DNA of 64,000 nt from an uncultured Rikenella sp. GTDB lineage: Bacteria > Bacteroidota > Bacteroidia > Bacteroidales > VadinHA17. A program made the position numbers and the translations under genes. The notes beneath the pieces are model-generated. The model was not told the origin of the DNA. It did not search any database and saw only the letters and a list, made by a program, of their open reading frames with translations. Of the stretch, positions 39,919-49,396 are shown piece after piece. The DNA lies in assembly GCA_964537135.1 (NCBI GenBank), contig CAZHZC010000002.1:31700-95699 (forward strand), given 5' to 3'. The first letter of the stretch is position 1. Each line of letters begins with the position of its first letter.

Positions 39919-41295
39919 ATGGCTCAGAAACTATCTATCCCCAGGGGGACACGTGACTTTTCGCCGGCGGAGATGCTTCGCCGCAACTATATACTTGACA
40001 CTATCAGGTCACTCTTTACCCTTTACGGGTATCTGCCTGTTGAGACCCCGGCCATGGAGAATCTCAGCACCCTGCTGGGTAAGTATGGCGAGGAGGGTGA
40101 CAGGCTTATCTTCAGGGTACTCAACTCAGGTGACTATCTGTCGGGGGTACCTGACGGAGTACTCTCGGCAGCTGACCCCGCAACCCTTGTGCCACATATA
40201 AGTGACAAGGGACTGAGGTATGATCTTACTGTACCTTTTGCACGTTACGTGGTTCAGCACCGTGACGAGATACAGTTCCCGTTCCGCAGGTACCAGATAC
40301 AGCCGGTATGGAGGGCTGACAAGCCACAGAGGGGCAGGTACAGGGAGTTCTTTCAGTGTGATGTAGATATTATAGGAAGCAACTCACTGCTCAATGAGGC
40401 TGAGCTGATACAGATTATTGATGATCTGTTCCGGTCACTCCGAATAGCTACGGTTATTAAGGTTAACAATCGCAAAATACTCTCCGGGATAGCTGCCCTG
40501 GCCGGCGCCGGTGACCGTATCACAGATATTACCGTTGCCATTGACAAGCTTGAAAAGATAGGCAGGGAGGGTGTGAGGGCTGAGCTGGCTGAGCGTGGTA
40601 TCCCGTCTGGCTCAATCGATGTGCTGGAGCCCGTGCTGAGCCTCTCAGGCACCACCGCGGAGAAGCTGCTGCAGCTGCGCGAGATGCTGTCAGGCTCACC
40701 TGACGGGATAAAGGGGATTGAGGAGATGGAGGAGCTGATGGGCTACCTGGAGATGGCAGAGGTGAGGGCTGTGGTGGAGTTTGACCTCTCACTGGCACGT
40801 GGCCTCAACTACTATACCGGAACCATTATTGAGGTGAAGGCTGCCGACCTGCCTTTTGGTAGTATCTGTGGTGGCGGCCGCTATGATGACCTTACCGGTA
40901 TCTTCGGGCTGCCCGGCCTCTCCGGCGTGGGTGTCTCCTTTGGTGCTGACAGGATCTACGATGTGATGATGCAGCTAGAGCTCTTTCCCGAAGAGAGAGA
41001 CTCCTCCACCGGAGTGATGATAGTCAACTTCGGCAGGGAGGAGCTGCCGGCACTGCTTAAGATAGCCCGCGCACTACGTCAGGCGGGCGTGGCGGCTGAG
41101 CTGTACCCTGAGCCTGTCAGGCTGAAGCGGCAGCTCTCATATGCCGGGTCACGCGCTATCCCGCTGGTGATCATTGCAGGTGGCCATGAGATAGCGGCCG
41201 GGGAGGCGATTATCAGAGACATGAAGAGTGGTGAGCAGAGCAGAGTATCGCTCGATGAGCTGCCCGGCATTGTGGCTGCGCGCCTCAGGAGCTGA
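39919..41295 (+). CDS. hisS: histidine--tRNA ligase
   Basis: MAQKLSIPRGTRDFSPAEM...RYDLTVPFARY...FRRYQIQPVWRADKPQRGRYREFFQCD...GGGRYD. Confidence 0.95.
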   Translation: MAQKLSIPRGTRDFSPAEMLRRNYILDTIRSLFTLYGYLPVETPAMENLSTLLGKYGEEGDRLIFRVLNSGDYLSGVPDGVLSAADPATLVPHISDKGLRYDLTVPFARYVVQHRDEIQFPFRRYQIQPVWRADKPQRGRYREFFQCDVDIIGSNSLLNEAELIQIIDDLFRSLRIATVIKVNNRKILSGIAALAGAGDRITDITVAIDKLEKIGREGVRAELAERGIPSGSIDVLEPVLSLSGTTAEKLLQLREMLSGSPDGIKGIEEMEELMGYLEMAEVRAVVEFDLSLARGLNYYTGTIIEVKAADLPFGSICGGGRYDDLTGIFGLPGLSGVGVSFGADRIYDVMMQLELFPEERDSSTGVMIVNFGREELPALLKIARALRQAGVAAELYPEPVRLKRQLSYAGSRAIPLVIIAGGHEIAAGEAIIRDMKSGEQSRVSLDELPGIVAARLRS

Positions 41296-41315
41296 TCCTG
41301 TGATTCTTCTGCCGG

Positions 41316-41870
41316 TCAGCGTCCCCTCTCAGACATCCTGCCCTGCCCCTGCCTCCGCTGGTTCAGCTCACGCAGCAGCTGCTGCTTATACTGGTTCTCA
41401 ACCTGATACAGCCTGATGATCTTCTCAGGTGGCAGCACCTTCTCCAGGTGGTTGTTGAAGGTGACTATCAGGGAGGCCTCATCAGCAAACGAGCGTGTCA
41501 GCTTACCTGCTGTCTCCGCTATCTCACTGCTGCTCATATTTGCCTCATTGCGTGCAGAGTATTGCATCAGTATCAGGCGCTCTGACTGCAGGGCGCTCTT
41601 ACGTGCTGAGTAGTCATTGTAGAGAGGCCAGAACTTCTCAGCCTCTCCGGTGGTGAGGTTTAGGTGCGTGGTGAAGAAGGCTATCTTATAGGCGGTCAGC
41701 TTCTCAGCGTCGCCCTGCATCGCCCCCTGACCCATACCGGCTCCCATCCCCTGTCCGGCACCCTGTCCCACTCCCTGTCCCATACCCTGTCCGGTGCCCT
41801 GCCCGTAAAGGGTTGGTGAGGAGGTAAACAGTGCAATAACAATCAGCTTTATAATAGTCATTCGTCTCAT
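41316..41870 (-). CDS. periplasmic Spy/CpxP-like helical protein with (GQGx)n repeat
   Basis: ATG 41870 gives MRRMTIIKLIVIALFTSSPTLYGQ, then GQGMGQGVGQGAGQGMGAGMGQG, then helical ...LTTGEAEKFWPLYNDY...LPPEKIIRLYQVENQYKQQLL. Third gene of the ECF sigma operon. Confidence 0.55.
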   Translation of the reverse strand: MRRMTIIKLIVIALFTSSPTLYGQGTGQGMGQGVGQGAGQGMGAGMGQGAMQGDAEKLTAYKIAFFTTHLNLTTGEAEKFWPLYNDYSARKSALQSERLILMQYSARNEANMSSSEIAETAGKLTRSFADEASLIVTFNNHLEKVLPPEKIIRLYQVENQYKQQLLRELNQRRQGQGRMSERGR

Positions 41871-41877
41871 CTCACAT

Positions 41878-42447
41878 CTATATAAGTTCGTAAATATCAT
41901 TAAGATCAATCTCTTCATTCACAAGGTAATCAATGATCACATCCGTTGAGATCTCCTCATCGTCAATGCCAAACGTGTTTCCCTCAGGCTGATAGAGGCT
42001 CAACTCATACTCTATCATGCTGATATCTATCTCTTCGGCCATCAGGTCAGCGTAGTGGCTGACACCATATTCATATTCTGTCTCTCCTGGCACACCGACT
42101 ACCAGCCTCACTATGATCGTCCCCAGTATGGCAAATCCGGCCAGCAGGGCTGCAAAAGCCAGGAATGGCTTGAGGCTTATTGAGTGGCGGCTGCTCTTGT
42201 CACTGTCACCAGCAGGTACCTTATCGCTTCTCCCGGTGTGGACGGCAGTTTCTCCGGCCGGAGCCATGCTCCTGTCTGCCTCGCCTGCCGGAGCCATGCT
42301 TCCGGCTGCCTCGCCGGCAGGGACACCCTTTGCATCACCCTCCTCCATCACCCTGATGGTACCCAGGGTACGCTCTGCCAGTGACCGGAAGTAGTCATCA
42401 GGAACCCTGAACGGATTGCCCCTGCTCTTATGTTCACCCTTTTCCAT
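41878..42447 (-). CDS. putative single-pass anti-sigma factor
   Basis: 189 aa with a cytoplasmic N-terminus, one TM (LKPFLAFAALLAGFAILGTIIV) and an acidic C-terminal domain. Lies immediately downstream of the ECF sigma gene. The call rests on position only. Confidence 0.45.
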   Translation of the reverse strand: MEKGEHKSRGNPFRVPDDYFRSLAERTLGTIRVMEEGDAKGVPAGEAAGSMAPAGEADRSMAPAGETAVHTGRSDKVPAGDSDKSSRHSISLKPFLAFAALLAGFAILGTIIVRLVVGVPGETEYEYGVSHYADLMAEEIDISMIEYELSLYQPEGNTFGIDDEEISTDVIIDYLVNEEIDLNDIYELI

Positions 42448-42480
42448 ATCTTCTCTTTGATGTCTGTTTATGACATTGGT

Positions 42481-43062
42481 TTAATCATTCTTCAGATATT
42501 GCTCAATCTTTTTCACTGCATGGTGGTATGATGCCTTCAGTGCCCCTGTGGTGGTTCCGGTTATCGCACTTATCTCATCATAGGTCAGCTCATCATAATA
42601 TCTCATATTGAACACCAGTCGTTGCTTCTCAGGCAGCTTCAGCAGTGCATTCTGAAGCTTCACCTCAGCCTCATCACCATCAAACCATGCTGCTCCCTCC
42701 TCTGATAGTGCCAGTATACCGTGCAGGTTGTCAAGTGGCAGGTGGCTCTCCTTCTCACGTCGCCTGATGAGGGCCAGGGCCTCGTTGGTGGCGATGCTCC
42801 ACAGCCAGGTGAGCAGCCTGCTCTCAGACCTGAATGAGCCCGCCCCGCGCCAGGCATTCATGAAGGTGTTTTGCAGGGCATCATCAGCATCATCATGTGT
42901 CAGGACTATCCGTCGTATATGCCAGTAGAGTCTCTCTCCGTAATGGTCTATCATCATCCGGAATGCCTTCTCTGCATCAGTGACGAGCAGCTCTTTTATT
43001 TGATCATCAATCCTATCTGGCATCAGCCCTCTTTCCTGGAGTCTTTTGGTCAGATGCCCCAT
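42481..43062 (-). CDS. ECF-type RNA polymerase sigma-70 family factor
   Basis: Region 2 DDADDALQNTFMNAWRGAGSFRSESRLLTWLWSIATNEAL. Region 4 LPEKQRLVFNMRYYDELTYDEISAITGTTTGALKASYHHAVKKI. Confidence 0.9.
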   Translation of the reverse strand: MGHLTKRLQERGLMPDRIDDQIKELLVTDAEKAFRMMIDHYGERLYWHIRRIVLTHDDADDALQNTFMNAWRGAGSFRSESRLLTWLWSIATNEALALIRRREKESHLPLDNLHGILALSEEGAAWFDGDEAEVKLQNALLKLPEKQRLVFNMRYYDELTYDEISAITGTTTGALKASYHHAVKKIEQYLKND

Positions 43063-43089
43063 GGCACCGAAGGTTTAATCTCACCGGAT

Positions 43090-43097
43090 CAAAATTA
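43090..43097 (-). promoter_or_regulatory. -7 promoter box TAATTTTG (minus strand) for the ECF sigma operon
   Basis: Plus strand CAAAATTA is the reverse complement of TAATTTTG. Lies 28 nt upstream of ATG 43062. Confidence 0.5.
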
Positions 43098-43150
43098 GCA
43101 AAAAGATGGAAGCCTTTCCTGCTGCCATCTCAATGGTACCCTCTTTTTGG

Positions 43151-43158
43151 TAACTTTG
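43151..43158 (+). promoter_or_regulatory. -7 promoter box TAACTTTG for ychF
   Basis: Exact TAnnTTTG match, 18 nt upstream of ATG 43177. Confidence 0.5.
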
Positions 43159-43176
43159 CCACACAGAAAATGAGCT

Positions 43177-44265
43177 ATGGCATTGAAATGCGGAATAATA
43201 GGGATCACCAGCTCGGGGAAGACCACCATCTTCAACTCTATCTCAAACACCCGGGGTGAGGTAAACACGTTTGGTACAGGTGTCAGAGCCAATCTGGGGC
43301 TTATCAGGGTGCCTGACCCCAGGCTTGATGTGCTGGCCGGGCTACAGCCTACCGGACGTGTGGTACAGGCTACGGTAGAGATAGCTGATATACCGGGCCT
43401 GGTGCGTGGTCAGGGTGAGAGTGCCGGGGCACGGCTGCTGGGTGAGGTACGCACTACCGATGCACTGATACATGTTGTACGTTGTTTTGAAGATGAGGGT
43501 ATGCCTCACCCCGACGGCAGGGTTGATCCGGTAAGGGATATTGAGAATGTTGAGCTGGAGCTGCAGGCCAGGGACCTGGAGTCGGTCATGAAGAAGACTG
43601 AGCGGCTTGAGAAGGTGGCAAAGAGCGGCGACAAGGAGGCGCGCCGTAACATAGCCACGCTCACCCTTTACAGAGACCACCTGGAGGCGCTACAGAATGC
43701 CTCATCACTGGAGCTGCCACCAGGGATGAGCGGGGCGGTTGATGACCTTGCCCTGCTGACCATGAAACCGGTACTATTTGTCTGCAATGTAGATGATAAC
43801 TCAGCTGTCACCGGCAACAGATGGGTTGATGCTATGAGGGAGTACCTGGCCGGGAGGGGAGCTGAGCCGCTTATCATTGCAGGTGCCCTGGAGGCTGAGA
43901 TAGCAGCTCTCTCTGATGAGGATGACCGTACCGGGTTTCTGGAGGCGGCAGGCCTTGATGAGCCGGGGGTCAACAGGCTGGTACGGGCGGCATATAGCAT
44001 GCTCAGCCTGATCACCTTCTTTACCGTTGGTCCCAAAGAGATAAGGGCATGGACCATCAGGGAGGGAATGACCGCCCCACAGGCGGCCGGGGTGATACAC
44101 TCCGACCTTGAGAGAGGCTTCATCAGGGCTGAGGTGATGAAGTATGCCGACTTTGTTGCCCTCGGATCAGAGCAGGCGTGCCGCGAGGCGGGCAGGCTGG
44201 CGGTGGAGGGTAAGGGGTATGTGGTGGCTGATGGTGACATACTGCATATACGGTTTAACGTGTAG
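43177..44265 (+). CDS. ychF: redox-regulated ATPase YchF
   Basis: 362 aa MALKCGIIGITSSGKTTIFN...ADIPGLV...C-terminal TGS-like ...GYVVADGDILHIRFNV. Confidence 0.93.
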   Translation: MALKCGIIGITSSGKTTIFNSISNTRGEVNTFGTGVRANLGLIRVPDPRLDVLAGLQPTGRVVQATVEIADIPGLVRGQGESAGARLLGEVRTTDALIHVVRCFEDEGMPHPDGRVDPVRDIENVELELQARDLESVMKKTERLEKVAKSGDKEARRNIATLTLYRDHLEALQNASSLELPPGMSGAVDDLALLTMKPVLFVCNVDDNSAVTGNRWVDAMREYLAGRGAEPLIIAGALEAEIAALSDEDDRTGFLEAAGLDEPGVNRLVRAAYSMLSLITFFTVGPKEIRAWTIREGMTAPQAAGVIHSDLERGFIRAEVMKYADFVALGSEQACREAGRLAVEGKGYVVADGDILHIRFNV

Positions 44266-44273
44266 GGTGCGAT

Positions 44274-46124
44274 GTGAAGCGGAGAGGCTATATACCGGTA
44301 ACCATCCTTATGGTGGTGACATATCTCCTCAGCGCCGGAGGCCTGATGGGAGAGGCAATAACCGGTGAGCTGCCTCCTGCTGCCTCCCCGAATCCTCTTT
44401 TCCCGGGAGAGCCTGCTGATGCTGTTTACTTTTCACTGACACCCTCCCCGCTGAGAGCCACCTCCTCCGTAGCTGCCGGAGAGCAACCGGGCAGGGAGGC
44501 TGTCGGGAGGGTGATAGCCATCTATGGTCAGGCGGAGGTGGTGATCAGCTACCCCGGCTATGAGGAGATGAGCCGTCTCGCCTCGCGCTTCTCCGTCTCA
44601 TCATGTGATGGTCATACCGCTCACCTCTGTCTCTCGCCAGCCGATACTGCCCTCTTCTTTGCTGAGGCGGTCAGTTACAAGCTGCTGGTTCCCGAAGAGC
44701 GTAAAGGGTTCTACACCTCCTCCTCGGTGGAGGAGGCGATGCGGTGGCAGAGCTACCCCACCTGGCAGCAGTATGACTCTGTCATGCACCTCATTGCTGA
44801 GAGATGGCCTGCGGTGTGCCGCCTTGACACTATCGGTTTTTCGGTGATGGGCAGGAGCGTGCTGGTGCTTGAGATTACCGGCAGCGGGGGTAGCGGCCAC
44901 AAGCCGGAGGTGATGCTCAGCTCATCAATCCACGGTGATGAGACTGCCGGCTTTGTGCTGCTGATGAGGCTTGCCAGCTACCTGGCAGAGCATGCCGGCG
45001 ATGATGGCACACCCGTGGCTGACCTCGTTCAGAGACTCAGGATATGGATAAATCCGTTAGCCAACCCCGACGGGATGTATCGTGATGGTGACACGATCAT
45101 CTATCCGGTCAGGGCCAACAGCAACGGTTATGACCTGAACCGCAACTTCCCCGACCCTACGCATAGTGTGCCACCGCCGCTGCAGCAGGAGACAGTGGAT
45201 ATGATACGGTTTATGGCGGAGCGGCGGCCGGTGCTCTCTGCAAACCTGCACAGTGGGAGTGAGGTGGTTAACTATCCGTGGGACAGGTGGGTGCGGAGAC
45301 ACCCTGATGACCGATGGTTCGAAGGGGTGAGCCGCCGCTATGCCGATACCGTCCACCGGTATGCTGCACCATACTATATGAGATCACTAGATAATGGCAT
45401 AACGCGTGGGTCAGAGTGGTACCGTATCAGCGGGGGGAGGCAGGATTATGTTACCGGCACCCTGGGCGGACGTGAGGTGACTATTGAGCTTGATGGGGAG
45501 AAGATGACCCCGGGCACTGCCCTCGGGCTGATGTGGGAGTGGAACTACCGCTCACTGCTCGGCTACCTCGCTGAGGCACTGACAGGGGTGCAGGGTACCG
45601 TTACCGGTAACGATACGGGTGACCCGCTCACTGCACAGGTGCTTATCACAGGCCATGATGCCGACTCATCACATGTGTGGTCTGACAGCGCCACCGGGTC
45701 ATATGTACGGCTGCTTCCGCCCGGCACCTGGCGCCTCGCCTTCCTGGCACACGGGTATGAAACGAGGGTTATTGAGGCGGTGCTGACGGAGGAGGAGCCG
45801 CTGATGATAGCGAATGTCACACTGCAACGCAGTGGGGGGAGCTACCCCACACCACCGGCATCAGGAGTCACGGCGTGGCCCAACCCGACAACCGGCGAGG
45901 TAAGCCTGATGCTGCCTCTGATAATGAGCGGTGAGATCACTGTCAGGGCGGCTGACATGAGAGGGGTGATTGTCAGGGAGGTGAGCACCACCTCCCACCC
46001 GGGGGTCCCGGTACCTTTCAGCCTCAGCGGAGCGCCACCCGGTATCTATATGGTGATAGTACGAAAGGAGCCACACGGACCGGTGGTGAGAGGAAGGGTG
46101 GCGGTGATACGCAGCAAGCCGTAA
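44274..46124 (+). CDS. M14-family zinc carboxypeptidase with T9SS-type C-terminal sorting domain
   Basis: SSIHGDETAG (HxxE Zn site), NPLANPDG, NSNGYDLNRNFP, LHSGSEVVNYPW. Carboxypeptidase-regulatory-like domain, then a C-terminal ~80 aa ...VTAWPNPTTGEVSLML...PPGIYMVIV typical of T9SS CTDs. GTG start 8 nt after ychF. Confidence 0.85.
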   Translation: MKRRGYIPVTILMVVTYLLSAGGLMGEAITGELPPAASPNPLFPGEPADAVYFSLTPSPLRATSSVAAGEQPGREAVGRVIAIYGQAEVVISYPGYEEMSRLASRFSVSSCDGHTAHLCLSPADTALFFAEAVSYKLLVPEERKGFYTSSSVEEAMRWQSYPTWQQYDSVMHLIAERWPAVCRLDTIGFSVMGRSVLVLEITGSGGSGHKPEVMLSSSIHGDETAGFVLLMRLASYLAEHAGDDGTPVADLVQRLRIWINPLANPDGMYRDGDTIIYPVRANSNGYDLNRNFPDPTHSVPPPLQQETVDMIRFMAERRPVLSANLHSGSEVVNYPWDRWVRRHPDDRWFEGVSRRYADTVHRYAAPYYMRSLDNGITRGSEWYRISGGRQDYVTGTLGGREVTIELDGEKMTPGTALGLMWEWNYRSLLGYLAEALTGVQGTVTGNDTGDPLTAQVLITGHDADSSHVWSDSATGSYVRLLPPGTWRLAFLAHGYETRVIEAVLTEEEPLMIANVTLQRSGGSYPTPPASGVTAWPNPTTGEVSLMLPLIMSGEITVRAADMRGVIVREVSTTSHPGVPVPFSLSGAPPGIYMVIVRKEPHGPVVRGRVAVIRSKP

Positions 46125-46258
46125 CCGGTGATACGCAGCAAGCCGTAACCGGTGACACGCAGTAAGCCCTAACCGGTGACATGCAGTAAGCCGTAACCGG
46201 TGACACGCAGTAAGCCGTAACCGATAACACGCAGCCAGCCCTAACCGGTGAGAACCGG
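46103..46258. repeat. 24-bp tandem repeat GGTGAYACGCAGYAAGCCGTAACC x6.5
   Basis: Units at 46103, 46127, 46151, 46175, 46199 and 46223, with a partial unit at 46247. Unit 1 encodes the last 7 codons plus the TAA stop (46122-46124) of the carboxypeptidase. Confidence 0.92.
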
Positions 46259-46374
46259 CCCCTGATGGTTGAAAATCTTATCAATCATTGGTGATATCTT
46301 TTGCATCTGAGGTTGCAGGTACGCTCAAAACTGATATTTTTGAGACTTATTTCACGGAAGGAAGGGTTATCAGG

Positions 46375-48024
46375 ATGAAACGTATTTTCACTATTAATAT
46401 ACTGCTCACTATTCTCTTTGGAGCAGCAGCACAGTCAGCATATATACCTCCCGACAAGCCCAGGCTGGTGATCGGAATCGTTGTTGAGCAGCTTCGCTAT
46501 GACCAGCTGGAGCGTATCTGGGATCTCCTTCCCGACAACGGCCTCCGCAGGATGGTCAGTGAGGGTACCTACTACCGTAACACCTCCGTTGACCACCTCT
46601 CGACGCAGGCGGCACCCGGGCTGGCAACCATTGTTACCGGTGCCTCACCCTCAGCCCATGGCATCATCTCCGACTCATGGTTCCACCCCTACAGTGATGA
46701 GATGATATTCTGTGTGCATGACCCCTCTGCCAATCCGGTGGGTGGCAGCTTCGAGACAGGCCTCTACTCACCGGCCAACCTGCTGGCCTCTACCTTTGCC
46801 GATGAGCTGCAGATGGCCACCTGTCAAAGGTCAAAGGTGTATGGAATAGGCATGAAGGAGATGTCTGCAATTATCACTGCCGGCCATGCTGCCGATGGTG
46901 CCTTCTGGTATGATGACCGTACCGGCACCTGGATGTCGAGCACCTGGTATGGTGAGACACTGCCCCCGTGGCTGATGGACCTCAATGCCATGATGCTGCC
47001 GCTGCAGTACCTTAATCAGCAGTGGAAGCCGCTGCTTGACCCGGCACTCTACCCCGGATGCCAGCCTGACAGCAGTATCCATGAGGCGGGGTTCAACGGA
47101 CAGCGTTGGTTCCCTTATGACCTCAAGTCGCTCTCTACCAAAGGGAAGCTGCTCAATGTGACCAGGAACTACGGTTTTCTGCGTGAGACACCCTTCGCTG
47201 ATGAGTTCACCACTGAGCTGGCGCTGCGTCTCATTGACAATGAGGAGCTGGGCCAGGATGAGATCACCGACTACCTGGCCATCACCTACTCCGCTACCGA
47301 CTATGTGGGGCATCGGTTCGGACCCTCATCGGTAGAGGCTGCCGATGCGCTGGTACGGCTTGACCGTAATATTGGCAGGCTGCTTGACAAGATTGACAAG
47401 AGCCTGGGAAAGAAGAATGTGCTGGTCTACCTTGTTGCGGCTCATGGCGTCTCTGAGATTCCTGCCGTACTTGAAGAGCACCGTATACCGTCAGGCTACT
47501 TCAGGATAAACCAGTCACTGCAGCTGCTGCGCAGCTACCTCAACGCCGTCTATGGGCAGGGTGACTGGGTGAAAGGTATCTTCGACAGCCAGATCTTCCT
47601 TAACCGCAGCCTGATAGAAGATGCCAAGATCAACCTTGAAGAGGCGCAGAGGAGGGTGGCCCGTTTTATGGTACAGTTCTCAGGGGTGGCAGCTGCAGTG
47701 CCTACCTCTACGTTTGAGATGAATGAGTTCGGGCATGGACTGCTCAGGAAGATGAGCAATAACTTCAGTCAGCAGCGTTCAGGTGATGTTATGTTTGCGC
47801 TTAACCCCGGATGGGTAGAGAAGAATGATAATGTGACCGGCCACAACTCACCGTGGGAGTATGACAGCCATGTGCCGCTCATATGGTTCGGATGGACTGC
47901 CAGCCGGGCGTCGGTCACGCGCAGTGTGACCACCAGGGATATTGCCACCACCCTGTCGGTCCTCTGCAGGGTGCCGCTGCCCAATGCTTCCAGCGGCGAC
48001 CCGCTGCATGAGCTCTTCAGGTAG
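46375..48024 (+). CDS. alkaline-phosphatase-superfamily enzyme (nucleotide pyrophosphatase/phosphodiesterase-like)
   Basis: ATG 46375 gives signal peptide MKRIFTINILLTILFGAAAQS. ...VTGASPSAHGIISDSWF..., ...YSATDYVGHRFGP..., ...AAHGVSE... resemble NPP/AlkP core motifs. Confidence 0.75.
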   Translation: MKRIFTINILLTILFGAAAQSAYIPPDKPRLVIGIVVEQLRYDQLERIWDLLPDNGLRRMVSEGTYYRNTSVDHLSTQAAPGLATIVTGASPSAHGIISDSWFHPYSDEMIFCVHDPSANPVGGSFETGLYSPANLLASTFADELQMATCQRSKVYGIGMKEMSAIITAGHAADGAFWYDDRTGTWMSSTWYGETLPPWLMDLNAMMLPLQYLNQQWKPLLDPALYPGCQPDSSIHEAGFNGQRWFPYDLKSLSTKGKLLNVTRNYGFLRETPFADEFTTELALRLIDNEELGQDEITDYLAITYSATDYVGHRFGPSSVEAADALVRLDRNIGRLLDKIDKSLGKKNVLVYLVAAHGVSEIPAVLEEHRIPSGYFRINQSLQLLRSYLNAVYGQGDWVKGIFDSQIFLNRSLIEDAKINLEEAQRRVARFMVQFSGVAAAVPTSTFEMNEFGHGLLRKMSNNFSQQRSGDVMFALNPGWVEKNDNVTGHNSPWEYDSHVPLIWFGWTASRASVTRSVTTRDIATTLSVLCRVPLPNASSGDPLHELFR

Positions 48025-48759
48025 CTAAATAGTCACACCATTGAACCGGTCCCTTATACGGCATGCGGTGACAATAAAGCCGGGGTCCTTCTCACAGCTG
48101 TTGCCGGTAACGATCATGTCGGCTCCTGCAGCAAAGGCCTCCTCTATCTTTTCAGCACTGTTGAGGCCGCCACCGGTGATGACAGGTATGTTCACCGTCT
48201 CCCTGACAGCCCTGATCATTGCCGGAGGTACCGGCCGGGCTGCTCCGCTGCCCCCCTCGAGGTAGATAGCCCGCATACCCAGCATCTCACCGGCCAGGGC
48301 AGTGGCAACGGCAATATCACTCTTCCCTGACGGTATGGGTGCTGTCTGGCTCATATACCCTACTGATGATCCTCCGCCACAGTCGATAAGCATATATCCT
48401 ACCGGGATGACCCTCTCCCTGATGCTACGTAGCAGTGGTGCGGCTATCACGTGCTTGCCGATGAGCAGCTCCGCGTTGCGTCCGCTGATGAGGGAGAGGA
48501 AAAAGATGGCATCAGCCTCGGTGCTGAGCTGTGTAAGATCGCCGGGGAAGAGGATGACGGGGATCGTGGTGAGCGCCTTCAGCCTACGTATGACACTGCC
48601 GGTAGGCACACTGGTGAGGCTGCCGCCGGCAAGGAAGAGGTCGGCACCGGCGGCGGAGGCCTGGCTGATAGCAGCAGAGAGCGCCTCCTCACCGGCATGG
48701 TCAGGGTCAATCAGACGGGCAACCATGCGACGTGTTCTGTTGGGTAGCTCAACCATCAT
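48025..48759 (-). CDS. geranylgeranylglyceryl/heptaprenylglyceryl phosphate synthase family protein (PcrB/GGGPS-like)
   Basis: ...IDPDH...GADLFLAGGS...PVILFPG...FFLSLISGRN...YLEGGSGA...IPVITGGGL...GADMIVTGN TIM-barrel pattern. ATG 48759/48756 overlaps the upstream stop by 8-11 nt. Confidence 0.8.
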   Translation of the reverse strand: MMVELPNRTRRMVARLIDPDHAGEEALSAAISQASAAGADLFLAGGSLTSVPTGSVIRRLKALTTIPVILFPGDLTQLSTEADAIFFLSLISGRNAELLIGKHVIAAPLLRSIRERVIPVGYMLIDCGGGSSVGYMSQTAPIPSGKSDIAVATALAGEMLGMRAIYLEGGSGAARPVPPAMIRAVRETVNIPVITGGGLNSAEKIEEAFAAGADMIVTGNSCEKDPGFIVTACRIRDRFNGVTI

Positions 48760-49393
48760 GCTTCTTCCTGGTCCAGACAATGGTGTAGTTATCATACCGT
48801 GTATAGTTGAGGGTGAACCGGTCATGAAGCCGCTCATTCTCAACAACCCCGTTTATCTCACCCGACTCCTTAACAGTAAAGGGCTCTATGGTGATGTCAT
48901 TGACAATATTGATTCCCTGCTTGTCACATATCTTGTAGATAGCCTCCTTGGCACACCAGTGGATATAGAGGTGATAGGTACGGTCTGCCCACCGGCGGGT
49001 GATCTTCTCCTTTTTGTTGATGAACTTAGAGGCGAAGGCATTGATATTTACACGCATATACTCCAGGTCAATACCTACCCTCTCATCCTTGCTTACCAGT
49101 ATGGCGGTCAGCTTGTTTGAGTGGGTGATACTGATGAAGTGCGATCCATCCTTAATAAAGGGCTTGTTGTTCTTGTTATAGACGATACGTGCGTCACTGC
49201 CCAGTACCTCGGCCAGCAGGGCCCGCACGCTAAGAAACTCTATCTTCCTCGAGGTGCTGCGGAAACGGTTGTAGCGCTTCTTCTCCTCAGGCCCTATCGT
49301 CACCATCTCCAGGAGGGTCTCAAGATCCTCCTCGATCTTCCAGACACCTATGATGGTCTCCTTGTTCAGATAGTGCTTGGTGATACAGCCCAT
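48749..49393 (-). CDS. 4'-phosphopantetheinyl transferase superfamily protein (Sfp-type)
   Basis: ...RKIEFLSVRALL..., ISITHSNKLTAILVS, VGIDLEYMR, HWCAKEAIYK (W/KEA motif). Confidence 0.8.
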   Translation of the reverse strand: MGCITKHYLNKETIIGVWKIEEDLETLLEMVTIGPEEKKRYNRFRSTSRKIEFLSVRALLAEVLGSDARIVYNKNNKPFIKDGSHFISITHSNKLTAILVSKDERVGIDLEYMRVNINAFASKFINKKEKITRRWADRTYHLYIHWCAKEAIYKICDKQGINIVNDITIEPFTVKESGEINGVVENERLHDRFTLNYTRYDNYTIVWTRKKHDG

Positions 49394-49396
49394 TCC

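Noticed and set aside
46103-46258. Possibility that the 21/24/18-bp arrays are CRISPR arrays.
   Set aside because: The units are contiguous with no unique spacers, they are shorter than CRISPR repeats, and no cas genes are nearby.
46375-48024. Apparent substitutions at metal-ligand positions of the AlkP-family enzyme (VVEQLR for the first Asp block, AAHG for the DHG block).
   Set aside because: My by-eye alignment to NPP/AlkP motifs is not reliable enough to claim a pseudoenzyme. It needs an HMM or structure alignment.
48302-49120. 272-aa plus-strand ORF spanning the GGGPS-like and PPTase genes.
   Set aside because: It is antisense to two genes with clear family motifs, crosses their junction, and has no recognisable domain.
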